From Octopus sinensis (Eukaryota): a stretch of DNA of 58,212 nt. Positions 26,455 to 39,845 of the stretch are shown one piece after another (the first letter of the stretch is position 1; each line of letters starts with the position of its first letter). Below the pieces are notes generated by a model. It saw nothing but the letters and a program-made list of their open reading frames with translations. It had not been told where the DNA came from and ran no database searches. A program made the position numbers and the translations under genes. The stretch spans positions 1 through 58,212 of the forward strand of contig NW_021834832.1 of the NCBI RefSeq assembly GCF_006345805.1. The letters run 5' to 3'.

Positions 26455-26822
26455 TAGAGGCGCAATGGCTCAGTGGTTAGAGTAGCAGACTCGCGGTCAT
26501 AGGGTCGCGGTTTCAATTCCCAGACCGGGCGTTTTTAGTGTCTATTGAGCGAAAACACCTAAAGAGCCACAAGGCTCCGGCAGGGGATGGTGGTGATCCC
26601 TACTGTACTCTTTCTCTCACTCTTTCATCCTGTTTCTGTTGTACCTGTATTTCAATGGGCCAGCCTTGTCACACTCTCTGTCACACTGAATCTCCCCGAG
26701 AACAACGTTAAGGGTACACAAGTCTGTGGAGTGTTCAGCCACTTGTACGTTAATTTCACGAGCAAGCTGTTCCGTTGATCGGACCAACTGGAACGCTCGT
26801 CGTCGTAACCGACGGAGTGCCA
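26455..26822 (+). mobile_element. SINE family C
   Basis: gaggcgcaatggctcagtggttagag...ggtttcaattcc head to the gtaaccgacggagtgc tail. Confidence 0.88.
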
Positions 26823-26939
26823 CGATTCTATATCCATCTGTACTCACAGACGTACATGTACACACACAACACACACACACACACACACGCGCGCGCACAC
26901 ATACTCGCACGCACGCACGCACACATACACACATATATA

Positions 26940-27140
26940 TATATTACGGAGATGTACTTGCATAGCAAGTGACCTGATCTGAGATCGTGTGCTGGAACGA
27001 AAACAATTGCAGCGTGGAAGGTGTTTATAAGCCATTTAAGAAACACACAAAAACCGTTAGATTCACTTCAACATTTAAATTTAATTTGTCAAAATATTTT
27101 CGTCGCTTTGAGACCGCAACCTGTTCACTGACAAAACTTC
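26940..27140 (+). repeat. Unclassified interspersed repeat (diverged copy at about 54810-55010)
   Basis: gagatgtacttgcatagcaag...gagatcgtgtgctggaacgaaaacaattgcagcgtggaa versus gagatgtgcatacataacaag...gaggtcgtgtgctgaaagtaaaacgattgcagcatggaa. Confidence 0.7.
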
Positions 27141-27156
27141 AAGACATACACACACA

Positions 27157-27191
<35 letters not shown>

Positions 27192-27857
27192 GCATAGTAC
27201 ACATTCACGCAGGCGGCCGTGCACACGCACATATCCACACACATCTGTGTATAGGTCAAGTGGTTTGAGAATGCTACTGGCTTCATGTAACCCGGTGCTG
27301 CAAGTAACACTGTCGCGCCGTCAGCGGGGCGGCTAAACTGGCGGCTCCATCAGACTTGCATAGTGAGGAGCGTAGTAACGGATACGGTACCGGATGTAAA
27401 AGAGCAAACGAACTCGGGGAAATCTGCAGCCATCCAACAATAGAGTAGAATAAAGAATGCACATTAGATATGTGTATGTTTGTATGGTTTGGGACATGTT
27501 TACATAACATGGGAGAACTAACCTTCATCTCCAGGATGTAAAGAGCAAACGAACTCGGGGAAATCTACGGGCATCCAATAATGTGTACGAGTGTCTGTGT
27601 TTGTATGGGTTGGGATATGTTTACATAACATTGAAATGAAGGCGTGGGTGAACTAACCTTCATCTCCACAGCTACAAAGCCAGTGGCAGCAGACCAATGG
27701 GGGTCATCGGGTGCAGTTAGTAACATACCATCATGTTAGGCTAGAAATCCTGATGTAAACCAAACCTCTGGAATGGATGTGGAATCAAACCATATTAGAG
27801 GGAACTGCCGAGTCCAGGAGATACGTGAAGCCATTGCTAATATCCTTCATTCTCTCA

Positions 27858-28640
27858 AGCGGCGAGCTGGCAGAATCGTTAGCAAGCCGGGCTAAATGCT
27901 TTGTGGTATTTCGTCTGTCATTACGTTTTGAGTTCAAATTCCGCCGAGGTCGACTTTGCCTTTCATCCTTTCGGGGTCGATAAAATAAGTACCAGTTACG
28001 CACTGGGGTCGATATAATCGGCTTAATCCGTTTGTCTGTCCTTGTTTGTCCCCTCCGTGTTTAGCCCCTTGTGGGTAGTAAAGAAATAGGTATTTCGTCT
28101 GCCGCTGCGTTCAGAGTTCAAATTCCGCCGAGGTCGACCTTGCCTTTTATCCTTTCGCGGTCGATAAATTAAATACCAGTTGTGTACTGGGGTCGATCTA
28201 ATCGACTGGTTCCACTCCCCCAAAATTTCGGGCCTTGTGCATAGAGTAGAAAAGAATATCTTTCATTATCATATATTCTTTTATTCCTTTCCTCGTTTCA
28301 GTCATTTGACTGCGGCCAAGCTGGATCACCGCCCTGAAGGGTTTTAGTCGAACAAATCAACTCAGGACTTATTTTTTTTACAGCCTAGTACTTATTCGAT
28401 CGGTCTCTTTTGCCGAATCGCTAATTTACAGGTACGTAAACACACCAACACCGGTTGCCAAGCGGTGATGGGAGGACAAACAAACACAAACACACAAACA
28501 CACACACGCCAAAGGCTTCTTTCATTTTCCGTCTACCAAATCCACTTGTAAGGCTTCGGACGGCAAGAGGCAATAGTAGAAGACACTTGTCCGAGGTGCC
28601 ACGCATTGGGACTGAACCCGGAACCATGTGGTTGGGAAGC
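27858..28640. mobile_element. Family B SINE (+, 27858-28255) followed by family A SINE (-, 28270-28640)
   Basis: Both match the other copies in the window. Confidence 0.85.
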
Positions 28641-28731
28641 ATTATTATAATATGAAACCATTATTCTAAGCTAATTTAGTTAATTTTGTCAAGCCCCCTT
28701 TTCAGTTTGTAAGATAGAAATTTATATGCAA

Positions 28732-29114
28732 CTAGCAGTATCGCCCGGCGTTGCTCGGGTTTGTAAGGGAAATAACTATATAAGCATTTTTAGAGAGTTA
28801 TAGCCAAAAAATAGCAAAAAAATGCATTAAAAATGGAAAAAAATGATGGTAAACTTTTATTTTAATCGTTGACTCATCGTAGACATTTTTAGAGAGTTAC
28901 TTCCCTTATATAATAGCGAAAAAATGCATTAAAATGGGAAAAAATGATGGTAATCTTTTTTTTAAATCGTAGACTCATCGTAGAAGGGCTCGATATGAAT
29001 CACGACTATAAGATACCCGGTTTTGGTTAAACTGCACCGCAAAATATGGGAGTAGTTAGGAATCTAAATCGTAGGAGACAGACACTCACACAACTTCACT
29101 TTTATATATAAAGA
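28732..29114 (-). mobile_element. Non-autonomous Helitron, family 1
   Basis: Same termini as 4712-5218 (A|TCTTTATATATAAAAG ... hairpin-CTAG|T), with internal indels. Confidence 0.85.
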
Positions 29115-29993
29115 TAAAATGTTTTAAAAGAAATTTGAAGTGCGCACATGATAATTCTAAGCCTACTTTTGAGCCACCCTGTATATATATATTTATCTTG
29201 ACTTTATCCGATCGCTGAACACCGAGAGAGTGAGTCTGTTCTTTCTTTCTTAAAGAATAAAAAAGAAATTCTCAAAAAGCGTACACTGTTCTTGCTACAA
29301 CGTGTGTCTAGTGGGTAGAATTGCATCTGTTAATGACAGACCACTAAATAAGGATCAATAGCTTTATTGTAGGTTTGGGACATTCCATACATCGACAGCA
29401 ATACAACACCATTATTTTTGTAGTTTCAGATGCACAGAAAGTGTCGGCTTAAGTGGGGAACAGTCGCGCTTTTCGACTTTCCCTCACGTGGTTGTGTCCT
29501 GTTTTTGAAGTGCTGCTTAACCAATCACAACCTTCATGTTTTAGTGATGGCTGAAATTTCTTGAAGCCAAAGATGGCGGACCTCTTATTGTGTCGTTGCG
29601 GGGTATCAAAGATTTAACGACAATGAAATAACGCCACATCCATAGCTTCACGTGCTCAGAAATTGTGACGTAAGCGGGAATGGCTGTGATTTTTTTTGGG
29701 TTCCCTGTATGGGTGCATCCCCTGAAGGGAAGAGTAACTGAAGACGTTGTCTTTATTGAGCACCAATCGACGAATACGACAAATCTGCTATTTTGTTTGT
29801 TTGTTTGTTTGTTTCTTCCATTTGTTTTTCTATTTAATGCTTGTTTTGGCATTTTCTGGGTCATCGGCAAAGTTAACGGTTGAACTGTCTTATCTGTGTA
29901 AGTAAAAACTGAACGCGCATCACTGACTGGACTGTCAAATCCATCTTATGTATATAATAAACACAAGTTTATTATACACACACATCATGCATG

Positions 29994-30028
<35 letters not shown>

Positions 30029-30277
30029 GCATGTATATATATGTATGTATATATATGCATGTATATATGTATATATGCATGTATATATATGCATGTATAT
30101 ATGTATATATATATATGGATGTATATATGTATGTGTATAGATATGTATGTATATATGTATGTGTATAGATATGTATGTATATATATATATATGTATATAG
30201 ATATGTGTGTGCGTGTATATATGTATGTGTATAGATATGTATGTATATATATCTTTTGTTATCTTACCGTTTTATCA

Positions 30278-30321
<44 letters not shown>

Positions 30322-30337
30322 ATAGATATGTGTGTGC

Positions 30338-30377
<40 letters not shown>

Positions 30378-30595
30378 CCATGGTCTCAAAATCTCCGTTC
30401 TGGAGTTAAGTATGGTCCCTGGCACCAGCGAGTCTTTTAGGATTCTCGTGCGTTTGGCCATGCATAGCTAGCAGCGTTTCGATCCACCGATGTAGGGGCC
30501 TGAGTTTTCTTATATTTTCCATGAGATCGAGTGTGGAACTCCGTCGTCTTTTAGTTGCCATACATGGCAAACCAATTGGTAAGACCGGTCGTAAT
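30378..30595 (-). mobile_element. Penelope-like element, GIY-YIG endonuclease C-terminal relic
   Basis: WQLKDDGVPHSISWKI*ENSGPYIGGSKRC*LCMAKRTRIL...ILNSRTEIL matches the PLE pattern W.LK....I.WKI....PY...SKRC.LC...LN.R.E; two in-frame stops. Confidence 0.8.
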
Positions 30596-30654
30596 GGACA
30601 TATAATACTGTACACTTAGTTTAATGCATACATACATACATAAATTCATATATA

Positions 30655-30905
30655 TCACGTGACCGACCAGACCATCAGATGTTGCTACACATCACTGGTC
30701 ACAATGCGCTTCGCATTGTTTTAGCCTTCGATAAACGCCACCGCTGGCTAAGCGAGCAGGCCAACAGAAGAAAGAGTGAGAGAAAGTTGTGGAGCTTTTA
30801 GGTGTTTTCGCTCAATAAACACTCACAACGCCCGGTCTGGGAATCGAAACCGCGATCCTACGACCGCGAGTCCGCTGCCCTAACCATTGGACCATTGCGC
30901 CTCCA
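30655..30905 (-). mobile_element. SINE with family C head and a third 3' module
   Basis: Family C head, then ttctgttggcctgctcgcttagccagcgg...ggtcggtcacgtgat. Confidence 0.75.
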
Positions 30906-30912
30906 CATATAC

Positions 30913-30962
<50 letters not shown>

Positions 30963-31089
30963 TTATATATATTTATATATATATATATCAGTAATAATAT
31001 AGGGTGAAATTAATTAATTTGGAATAATCATTAATTTCACCAAGTAGATTTCGGCATGTAAAAGCCTCATTCGAGGAAAGTTTAAGTAA

Positions 31090-31458
31090 TACTAAGTAAT
31101 TAAGGGTTTAGCAACGATTTGCCTCACCACACACCGAACTTTAGAAATAGCATGCTTGAATTTGTTCAAAAGCTTTGTAGCGCCGTCTTTCCTCTTGTAC
31201 TTGATAGCTTGGGATAATAATTGGCCCTTTCTCGTCTTGTATGAGGAATACCGAATGTCTTCATGTACTACCTGCCTGATAAGAAACTCAGACACTCCCA
31301 AGTTCCTGGCGATGAACCTGATTGACTTAGAAGGATCGTTGTCAATCATGACCAACAAATTCAGAGGTTCTTTACTCATCAGCTATAACTCTTTGACTGC
31401 TATTTCTAAATTTTGGTGTGTGGTGAGGCAAATCGTTGCTAAACCCTTAATTACTTAG

Positions 31459-31460
<2 letters not shown>
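31090..31460. mobile_element. 63-bp inverted repeats enclosing a 245-bp copy of the mariner HTH fragment
   Basis: 31090-31152 is the reverse complement of 31398-31460 with 2 mismatches. The interior matches about 32130-32360. Confidence 0.8.
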
Positions 31461-31506
<46 letters not shown>

Positions 31507-31570
31507 ATGGCAAATATGCGTCACGATGTGTTACCGCTACTGTTTATAACTCGCTCTGAGATTTATCATT

Positions 31571-31601
<31 letters not shown>

Positions 31602-31984
31602 CATATATATATACGTGTGTGTGTGTGTACTCCAGCCATTGACAACTGTGTGTTGATGTTTACAGTTAATTACATACTTAGCAGTTGTACAAAAGTTTTT
31701 ACTTGTTTCCCATTATATTTACTCACCAATATAAATAATAAATTCCAAATAGAATGGAATAACAAAGGACAATGGGCTCTGTGCGTGCTTTAACGTATAT
31801 ACATAAATAAATGTATACATACATAAGTATATACATGTACATACAGAAGTGTACATATAAACTATAAGTCCGTATGCATAACGTATACATCCGATGTTAC
31901 TGTTTTTTCCTGGCTACTTTGAGTGTAAAGTACAATATTGATAAAAAGGAGAATGAAGAATTTGTACATTCATACTTGATGTTT

Positions 31985-32500
31985 ATTTAAAGAAGCCAGG
32001 AAAAAAATGTAACACCGGTACATGTTTCGGGGACACGGCAATCCAACGGTTGTTTTGTGTGTTCAACATCTGATCCTGGCAGAAATTTTTCCCGTCTGAG
32101 ACAAACCAAAGCATGTTTGGTTGGAGGGGATGCTTGAGTCTGTTCAAAAGCTTCATAGTGGGGTCTTTCCCCTTTGTCCTTGATGGCTTGGGATAACAAT
32201 TGGCCCTTTCTCGTCTTGTATGAGGAATACCGAATGTCTTCATGCACTACCTGCCTGACAAGAAACTCAGACACTCCCAAGTTCTGGTGATGGTCCTGAT
32301 TGGCTTGGAGGGATCGTTGTCAATCATGGCTAACAAATTCAGGGGTTCTTTACTCATCAGAACAATCAGAGTGAGTTTTCCGAACTGCCGTACCTTCGTA
32401 ACCACCATTAAATCCATCCAATTCTTTCCAAATCCTCTGCACTCTCCTTAGATTGACACCCAAACACTCTGAAATGTTCCTATTGGAGCTTCCAGAGGTT
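31985..32500 (-). mobile_element. Tc1/mariner (maT/DD37D-like) transposase relic, N-terminal half
   Basis: GVSEFLVRQVVHEDIRYSSYK (HTH) ... MLWFVSDGKNFCQDQMLNTQNNRW (first catalytic D region); frameshifted. Confidence 0.8.
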
Positions 32501-32816
32501 ATTTTTTAATCCAAGTTTCACTGGTTTAATATGTTGTATTTTGAAGAGATATTTCTTCAATGAATATATTATAAAAAATATCAGAAAATATCAAATATTA
32601 TTATTAAGTTTGAAAACGGAGAGATCCAATGGATTCAAATTAATTTATTAATTAATTAACATCTTCTACAATTGTTTCATTTTGCATCCAATTTAAACTA
32701 CAAAACATATATAAATATATAAGCTTGCATTTCAAATACCCTGGGCGGAAAATCTTTAGGGTGCACAAAGGACATTAGAAGGATTACATTATGATCCAAT
32801 AGACTCCAAGATATAC

Positions 32817-32887
<71 letters not shown>

Positions 32888-33679
32888 TATGTCTCTGTGT
32901 ATAATACGATGAGAAACTAGAAACGCTATTAATAGTTTCGACCGGTTTAGCATTCGTCAATACACACCCACACACACACCACACACACATGCATACATAC
33001 ATACATACATACATATCACATATCTATGTTTGTATATAAACCACCCCCACCATTATTCTTTGTTGTTCAATTCGGAAATGATTATCTATATTGTTGAGTA
33101 TATTTAATGGGAGCGAGTAGAAATATTTAACTGTTGTCAAGCATATATAATTGACTGTATATATATCAACAAATAATTATCAACGGCGTGTAGATAGTGT
33201 CACGTCATGTTTATTATACATGGCGGATGCGACAGCCAGTCACGTACGTTCATGTATTTACAGACACAGCTGCATCCACTTACATAAACACTCTACACAC
33301 ACGAGCGTGCACATATACACATACACTCACAGCCATACGCACACATATATATATTTATTAAATCTATTTATAAATCTGCGTAAATTATTTATGGACAACC
33401 GTTCGTTATTGAATATTTTTTCTCTATATTTCGCCAGCTCACCGTTTGTCCAAATATGTTTCATGTTAAGAGAAGTCCCTTAATAGTTATCAAGCCTTAC
33501 ACACGAGGCGTCGGTGTTCGCCTCCATCTTGGATTTTCGCGCTTTAATCCAAGATGGAGAAGGACCCCGATGTTCCATGTTGAAAGGCTTGAAAACTATT
33601 ACGGGATTTCTCTAAACATGAAACCAACTGTAGCCATAATCCATAAATAATCTTTATCGATGTATATATATATATATAT

Positions 33680-34222
33680 TTAGAAATTCAGATGGTTTTA
33701 TATTTACAGATATTTATTTGTATATTACATGTTTTTATACATCATATATTAGCGCTTCAAATTGACAACTCCACTAGAATGGACGAAAGCGCTAATATAT
33801 GATACATGATGTATAAAAACATATAACATACTAATAAATATCTGTAAATATAAAACCATCCGGATTTTTGAGTACCTCATTTCTTCTAATATAATATACC
33901 TGTACATCATCTCCAAACCTAATATATATATATTTATATATGCATACATACATACATACATACATACATACATACATACATACACACATATATATTCTTT
34001 TATCATTTTACTTGTTTCAGTCATTTGACCATGGCCATGCTGGAGCATCGTCTTTATTCTATATACTCCTCATGAAATAATGTTTACTGCTTGGATTTAC
34101 TGCGATTTAATTGCACAGGACACTACATTACTCTCCAATGTATTAGCTTACTCCGTGGTTTGTAACCACGTCCATTAAGGGAGTTTCTTTTTTGTGATTA
34201 CCACCGGCTTAGATAAATCCAT

Positions 34223-34262
<40 letters not shown>

Positions 34263-35709
34263 CCGAAATTGCGAGGATGATCCGTTTCTTGACTGAACAT
34301 TAACGGCTTCGAATGACCCGTCCGTGTTTTTGTATCGTCTTCTGGTTGTTTTGCGTTCTTGTCCCATTTTGTATTTATATATATATATATATATATACAT
34401 ACACATGCATTCACACACACGTCACAAATACCACCAACATTATCAGCGCCGCCGCTGCCGCTTCGCCATCATAATCAGCGCCACAATCACCATTACTAAC
34501 AGCTGCAGGGAAACAACAACAACAACCACAACCACAAAAAGAGGAACAAATGCAATGTTATTTAATGAAAACACTCTTCTGTTTCATATTCCATTTCAAG
34601 TTGTAGCCAGTTGTTTGTTATCCAAGGCACAGACAAACCACCGCCACCACCACAACCACCACCACCACAACCATAACCACCACCACCACCACCGCCGCGC
34701 CTTACCAGCACCAGCACCAGCACCACAACCACCACCACCACACCCTAACCACCACCACCACCACGCCGCCATTACCAGCACCAGCACCAGCACCACCACC
34801 ACCACCGCCATTAACACCACCCACCGCGCCGCCGCCATTACCCCACCACCGCTGCTACCTCAACGCCGCCGCCACCACCACCAACCACCACCACCACTAC
34901 CACAACCATAACCACTACCACAACCATAACCACCACCAACCCGCCATTACCACCACACCACCGCTGCTACCTCTACCACTACCACCACAACCACCGCCAC
35001 TGCATCCGCCATCGCCCCACCACCACCACCACATACCAAACCATAACCACCACCACCATAACCACTACCACAACCATAACCACACCACCACCATAACCAC
35101 CCGCCGCGCCACCACCGCGCCACCATCAACACCACCACCGCCGCCGCCGCTGCCGCCCCGCCCCCACATTCTAACCCCCACCATTCCTCCATTCCTCCAC
35201 CCGAACAGTTGATTCTCGTGGGAAGAGTTTTTCACATTGTTCAGTTCCTAGGTATCGCTTGCCTCAACTGATACCCGACCCCCCCAACGATGCTCTTCCA
35301 GTCACCAGATGTCTCTTTTTCCCAATCCCGATTCTCTCCGGAGACTCTCATCATAATATAAGCGCACACATCGCTCTGCTTTTCAAACAAATTCACTTTG
35401 CAATCATGTGGCTTTGGGTTCAATCCCGCTGCGCAGCAACCTGGATAACTGTCTTCTACGATAGGCCTGGGCCATTCAAGACTTGTGAGTGAATTTGGTA
35501 GACGGAAACTGTGTGGAAGCCCGTCGTGTACATATGTGTGTATCATGATGTGTATGTATATATATATGTATTATATATGTATGTATATATGTATGTATAT
35601 ACATTACATATATAACACACATATATATATAATATATATGTATGTATACATACATATATCACACACATATATATATATACATACATATATACATACATCA
35701 TAATATATA

Positions 35710-35743
<34 letters not shown>

Positions 35744-37780
35744 GAAATTCAGATGGTTTTATATTTACAGATATTTATTTGTATATTACCTGTTTTTATA
35801 CATCATATATTAGCGCTTCAAATTGACAACTCCACTAGATGGACGGAAAGCGCTAATATATGATACATGATGTATAAAAACATATAACATACTAATAAAT
35901 ATCTGTAATATATAAACCATCCGGATTTTTGAGTTACCTCATTTCTTCTAATATAACTATACCTGTAAATCATCTCCAAACCTAATATATATATTTTATA
36001 TTATGCATACATACATACATACATACATACATACATTACATACATACATACACACATATATATTCTTTATAATTTTACTTGTTTCAGTCATTGACCATGG
36101 CCATGCTGGAGCATCGTCTTTATTCTATATACTCCTCATGAAATAATGTTACTGCTTGGATTTACTGCGATTTAATTGCACCGGACACTACTTACTCTCC
36201 ATGTATTAGCTACTCCGTGGTTTGTAACCACGTCCATTAGGGAGTTTCTTTTTTGTGATTACACCGGCTTAGATAATCCATATACTGTGTGTGTGTGTGT
36301 GTGTGTGTGTGGTGTGGTATGCCGAAATTGCGAGGATGATCCGTTTCTTGTCCTGAACATTAACGGCTTCGAATGACCGTCCGTGTTTTTGTATCGTCTT
36401 CTGGTTGTTTTGCGTTCTTGTCCCATTTTGTATTTATATATATATATAGATATATACATACACATGCATTCACCAACACGTCACAAATACCACCAACATT
36501 ATCAGCGCCGCCGCTGCCGCTTCGCCATCATAATCAGCGTCACAATCACCATCATTACTAACAGCTGCAGGGAAACAACAACAACAACCACAACCACAAA
36601 AAGAGGAACAAATGCAATGTTATTTAATGAAAACACTCTTCTGTTTCATATTCCATTTCAAGTTGTAGCCAGTTGTTTGTTATCCAAAGGCACAGACACC
36701 ACCACCGCCACCACCACAACCACCACCACCACAACCATAACCACCACCACCACCACCGCCGCCATTACCAGCACCAGCACCAGCACCACAACCACCACCA
36801 CCACAACCATAACCACCACCACCACCGCCGCCATACCAGCACCAGCACCAGCACCACCACCACCACCGCCATTACCACCACCACCGCCGCCGCCATTACC
36901 ACCACCACCGCTGCTACCTCAACCGCCGCCGCCACCACCACCACCACCACCACCACCACTACCACAACCATAACCACTACCACAACCATAACCACCACCA
37001 CCACCGCCATTACCACCACCACCACCGCTGCTACCTCTACCACTACCACCACAACCACCGCCACTGCATCCGCCATCGCCACCACCACCACCACCACCAC
37101 AACCACAACCATAACCACCACCACCATAACCACTACCACAACCATAACCACCACCACCACCATAACCACCGCCGCCGCCACCACCGCCGCCACCATCACC
37201 ACCACCACCGCCGCCGCCGCTGCCGCCGCCACCACTTCTAACCCCCACCATTCCTCCATTCCTCCACCCGAACAGTTGATTCTCGTGGGAAGAGTTTTTC
37301 ACATTGTTCAGTTTCCTAGGTATCGCTTGCCTCAACTGATACCCGACCCCCCCAACGATGCTCTTCCAGTCACCAGATGTCTCTTTTTCCCAATCCCGAT
37401 TCTCTCCGGAGACTCTCATCATAATATAAGCGCACACATCGCTCTGCTTTTCAAACAAACTCACTTTGCAATCATGTGGCTTTGGGTTCAATCCCGCTGC
37501 GCAGCAACCTGGATAACTGTCTTCTACGATAGGCCTGGGCCATTCAAAGACTTGTGAGTGAATTTGGTAGACGGAAACTGTGTGGAAGCCCGTCGTGTAC
37601 ATATGTGTGTATCATGTATGTGTATGTATATATATATGTATTATATATGTATGTATATATGTATGTATATACATACATATATGTATGTATATATGTATGT
37701 ATATACATACATATATACACACATATATATATATATATATATATGTATGTATATACATACATATATAACACACACATATA

Positions 37781-37864
<84 letters not shown>

Positions 37865-37920
37865 CACATACATAATACACACAGATATATAGTGTGTGTG
37901 TGTATACACACACACACACA
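33680..37920 (+). repeat. About 2.1-kb tandem duplication (33680-35700 / 35741-37900), including (ACC)n-rich tracts
   Basis: Collinear copies differing mostly by 1-nt indels; junctions lie in (TA)n. Confidence 0.92.
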
Positions 37921-38641
37921 CACACACTAACTGAAATTCTCGAGTTGTCTCTTATTTTCCTGATTAGAGTTAATAATTAAAATAACCTGTTCGTTTTCTT
38001 CTTCACAAGACGGATACAATTTGAATTAGTCATAATTTCCTTGTTCACTTCATTAAGTATGTCCAGACCAACTTTAGAAATTTCATGCTGAAGAAGAGGT
38101 TCTTCAAAGACACCTGAAAACGAAAAAAAAAAAAAAGAAAAGAACAGAAAAAACATATGAAATCCAAAAGACCACAACACAGTAAGAACTCAAACCCGTG
38201 GCCACACGGACGCTCTTCTGCCATTTCTAATAAACCTGTCAACACAAATACGCCCAAATCTGATACATTTTATTCGAATTACAGCATTGCCATTCCTTCC
38301 ATATCTAAGACACGCAAGATTTTCAAGAATTCTTTCCTTACAGTTTCTTATTTTGGCTTCAAAATTATTTATTGAAGCCCAAGATACAGACTTAACAATG
38401 TTAAGGGTGTATACATACATACATACATACATGCATACATACATACAGGCATACATACATACATACATGCATACATACATACATGCATACATACATGCAT
38501 GCATACATGCATACATGCATGCATGCATGCATGCATACATACATACATACATACATACATACATACATACATACATACAGGCATACATACATAAATACAT
38601 ACGTACCATACATACATACATACAGGCATACATACATACAT

Positions 38642-38958
38642 TATGGCTGCCCCCTCGTTATCGAGTATGGCCATTGCACGAAGCTTAACTGTTACTGGTG
38701 CTGTGATCGAATGTGGCTTTTTAGCCCAGCTAAAGATCTACAATGTCTTGTACAAAATTGGCAACTCAAACCTTTACTGGTAATAGCCGGCTGTGGTTGT
38801 AACTGGGCTTCATGTACCTTTGCATGTCGCATAAGTCCTCCTGCCGAATTACACTCTCTTCCACATGCCTGACAGATATGATTAGTATGGTGTGTTACAC
38901 CACCACCAGTGGCCAGGTTGTCACTCATCTGTCTCGTTTTACGACTACGAAGATGACT
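38642..38958 (-). mobile_element. RTE-like LINE 3' end with C2H2-type fingers (copy 2)
   Basis: High identity to 20290-20600, same 3' UTR followed by a (TATG)n tail, truncated inside finger 1. Confidence 0.72.
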
Positions 38959-39369
38959 ACATACACACATACATACATACATACATACATTGTAGCTCAG
39001 TAGAACGGTACCCCATCGCTGCAAGCTATTAGCTGTATATCCTGAAATTCCTTTCTTGGGTCCATAAATCGTTAGCAACGGACCCCTTTTTCAACTTGGT
39101 TATAATTTCTTTCCGTAGGCAATAGTTTTCCTTGATGCGTGGGCTATAGCCGTTTGGTTGCCACCTTCACATTTGTGCAGGAGTACGGCACCTACCCCGT
39201 ACTCACTAGCATCTGTTGCCTGTATCGTTTCCAACTTCGGATCGAAGTGTGTAAACGACAAGTCTGAAATTAACATCCTTTTTAGTTCCTCAAATGCCTT
39301 CTGGCATTTTTCTGGCCAAAGCCATTTAGCATCTTTTTTTCAACCGCTCGTTTGTGTATGTTCGGGATA

Positions 39370-39660
39370 TCTTTATATATAAAACTGTAGTTGTGTGTGT
39401 GTCTGTCTACTTCGATTTAGATTCTTAACTACTCCCACATTTTGCGGTGCAGTTTAACCAAAATAGTCGTGATTCATATCGAGCCCTTCTGGGTATTAGC
39501 GCGCGTCTACGATGAGTCTACGATTAAAAAAAAAATTACCATCATTTTTCCGCATTTTTAATCCATTTTTGCTCGATTTATATAAGGGAAGTAACTCTCT
39601 AAAAATGCTTATATAGTTATTTCCCTTACAAACCCGAGCAACGCCGGGTGATACTGCTAG
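39370..39660 (+). mobile_element. Non-autonomous Helitron, family 1, nested in Gypsy pol
   Basis: A|TCTTTATATATAAAACTGTAG ... cccgagcaacgccgggtgatactgCTAG|T. Removing it restores the flanking pol frame. Confidence 0.9.
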
Positions 39661-39845
39661 TATACTTGATAGTAGTTTACAAAGTCTAAAAATGCGTGTA
39701 ACAATTTGATGTTCGGTGGAGGAGGTATATTCCGTATTGCCGTCGCCCTTGGTGGGTTTAGCCTGCGTCCTCTTTCGTCAATTATTTGACCTAAATGTTT
39801 TTGTCTGTTAGTCTATACCCGTATTCATTTGTTTTTCCGAGTACA

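Noticed and set aside
29116-29183. Possible Tc1/mariner terminal inverted repeat (ttttgagccaccctg|ta), and another at about 46524
   Set aside because: No matching second terminus found, so no element was delimited.
36383-37602. Thr/His/Pro/Gly-rich ORFs resembling mucins or extensins
   Set aside because: Products of (ACC)n-type trinucleotide tracts that are open in several frames on both strands and run into SINE sequence.
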